Assembly (NCBI GenBank): GCA_964016885.1
Contig: OZ024754.1
Location: forward strand, 18,538,001 to 18,602,000
DNA from: Eledone cirrhosa
Taxonomy: Eukaryota
Direction: 5' to 3'
Length of the DNA: 64,000 nucleotides
In this document: positions 61,637 through 64,000 of the stretch, piece after piece
Layout of the letters: every line of letters begins with the position of its first letter
Numbering within the stretch: the first letter of the stretch is position 1
Notes under the pieces: model-generated
Databases searched by the model: none
The model's input: the letters and a program-made list of their open reading frames with translations, nothing else
Told to the model about the DNA's origin: nothing
Program-made: the position numbers and the translations under genes

Positions 61637-62389
61637 CGTACATATATTTAAATATACTTACACACAGACCCACACACTTGCGTTGGTTCGAGACTGTCGC
61701 ACACACCACCACCGCCACCACTAGATACATCCACATACTTCAACAATCATTAACATCATTAACATCATCAACACATATCACCCCTCCCCTCCTGGAACCA
61801 CTGTGTTATGTCTGCCCTCTCTGTCTGCTTTACCCTGTAACCCACCGTAACATCTGATCATGTAAACATATTGTTGAACATATCACCCCATCACCACCAC
61901 CACCACCACCATGACCAAACACACATCGCTATACGCCCACAAACTTTTTCCCCCCGTGTTCCCTATGTCACCTTTTAACCTCTAACCCATCGAGCTCTGA
62001 TGAATTAACTGGTTATAAACAAAGTATTGGAGTTCGATTGACGCAACATTTAGTGATTAGCGAACTCTAGACCTACCAGATCAAAGAAACAATTGTCAGC
62101 ACTCTGAATAAAGCCCTTATTGTACAGCCAACCATGTTACTCTTATCTCTTGAATTATTATTACTCCAAGTATAACCTACATAGAAATCACCGTGAATTC
62201 GCTGCATCACTATGGAGGCGTCTTGTTGAGTCAAACTAAGCCATATGTTAATACCATCCACAACACAGAGTACTCTAACTGGACTACCTCTAAGTGGATT
62301 GCCTATAACGATAACTTGTTATCCCGTATATATATATATATAGACTAGAAAACGAAAAATCAGTGATGCATCTGAACTCAATTTAATGT

Positions 62390-62477
62390 GTGTTACAATT
62401 GTTTCGCCGGCGGACAGCTCGAGACGCTATCATTGTGTGGATCTGTCTGATTCTGGACCCGCAAGTTCGACGGACAC
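62390..62477 (-). ncRNA. HHR-like motif with CCGUCGA core, between 34-bp inverted repeats
   Basis: Minus strand: GTGT-CCGTCGA-ACTTGCGGG...TCCGCCGGC-GAAA-CAATTG-TA-ACAC; inverted repeats at 62346-62379 and 62513-62546. Confidence 0.58.
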
Positions 62478-62649
62478 GTCTAATGATTTCGGAGCATATT
62501 CTCTCACTCTGAGAGTTCAGATGCATCACTGATTTTTCGTTTTCTATTATATCATACTCTGCCCTGTAAGAGCATAGAGTGCTTAACCGGCATACCGCCT
62601 ATGGAAGCATCTTAGCTACCATCAGACCCCCCACCCCCACACACACACA

Positions 62650-62685
<36 letters not shown>

Positions 62686-62689
62686 TACA

Positions 62690-63880
62690 GACCCACACTC
62701 CCCCCGGCCTGAACTCCCCACCCTTATTCCTTTAGCGTTCGACCGCCCCCCCCCACACTTATCCCCCACTAACACCACTAACACACCCCTCCTTTTCACC
62801 GCCCACCCCACACTAACAATACTAACACCTCCACTCCACCCCTCATCTGACCACCCTTCCCCAACTAACATACTAACATCCCTTCCCTCCCCTCTTCTCC
62901 TCCTCCCCCTCCTTATCACACGCTAACACGCACCCACTTACACCACCCACCCCACACACAACTAACATCACTAACACCCCCCAACCCTACGCACACGTAC
63001 TCACACACCCTCGTACACCACCAACTCTACACACCCTACCACCACTAACCCCCACTCACACCTGCATTCCACCCCTTCCCATCCCGTATACTAACACCCA
63101 CTAACACCTCTTCACAAAACTACACACACACCAGTACACCACACTCCCTCCATAGAACCACACACACCCTTCTCTCCCCGCTCCACACTCACTCATCCCA
63201 CTAACACCCCTACTAATACACACACACACACACACACACACACCCTCCTCACTCCAACTCTCACACCTACCCATCCTCGCCTCCCTACCATTCCGCCGAC
63301 TGCTGCTATGCCCTTCCGACCACCTCTCAGCACCAACTGACCACAGCACTCCCACTGCTGACCACTTCCTGTTGCGCGCGCACCCCACATCTCTCCTCTT
63401 CCGACCACCGCTTCTTGGATTACCCACACGCGAAATTGACTTCTAACCAAATCTCCAAACATCCGTGGAACTTACCAACTTTTCAACCATCCTCTTACAC
63501 CATCACCTATATAACTCACCCACACACACACCGCCCAACATTTTTTTTTATCCACACGCCACCCACACCCACAACACGCTTAAACCACACACACGTGCTT
63601 CCCACCACATATTTACACCCTCAGCCTCCTGATTCCTCTCCCCCCACCCCCTATCCACACATGCACAGACACTCCGACCCCCCTCCCCCCCACCTTCCTG
63701 AACATGCAACCCCGTTCTTCCCCAACCCTCACTTTCACATACACACACACACACACACGCACACCTAACCACACACACCACCTTCAGCCCTCCCCGCTCG
63801 GACACCCCGTCTCCCTCTCCCCACTCCACCCGCCACCACCCCTACTCACCCCACACCCTTCCACCACCTGTTTACCCCCC
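62690..63880. repeat. C/A-rich low-complexity tract
   Basis: G-depleted, with repeated CTAACAC/CACCC words. Confidence 0.7.
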
Positions 63881-64000
63881 CTTTTAATTTCAGTTTATTT
63901 TGATCATGCCTTTATTTTTAAATTTTCTCATTCCTTGTATTTTGATCATGCTTTATTTTTATTTATTATATTTTTTGTCTTTATTTGTTAATTTTTCATT

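Overview
This is an AT-rich animal genomic window made almost entirely of repeats. The SINE families, RTE tails and (TA)/(CA) arrays suggest a cephalopod such as Octopus (inference). No host protein-coding gene is confidently seen. It contains RTE, CR1-like and R4/Dong-like LINE relics, an internally deleted Gypsy LTR element, a ~6.9 kb Helitron, a Tigger/pogo derivative, tRNA-derived SINEs and long TA-rich microsatellites. It also holds many Penelope-like element (PLE) fragments: RT, GIY-YIG endonuclease and pseudo-LTRs (pLTRs). The main signal missing from the ORF track is about 30 type I hammerhead ribozyme (HHR) motifs, counting partial and degenerate ones, from more than a dozen apparently unrelated families. 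They lie in pLTRs, fold-back palindromes and a 310-bp tandem retrozyme-like repeat. Several families share non-canonical catalytic cores (U3-A8 swap; CCGUCGA/CCGACGA), and most HHR-bearing units end at (TA)n tracts. All structures were read by eye; coordinates may be off by a few bases and ribozyme activity is untested.
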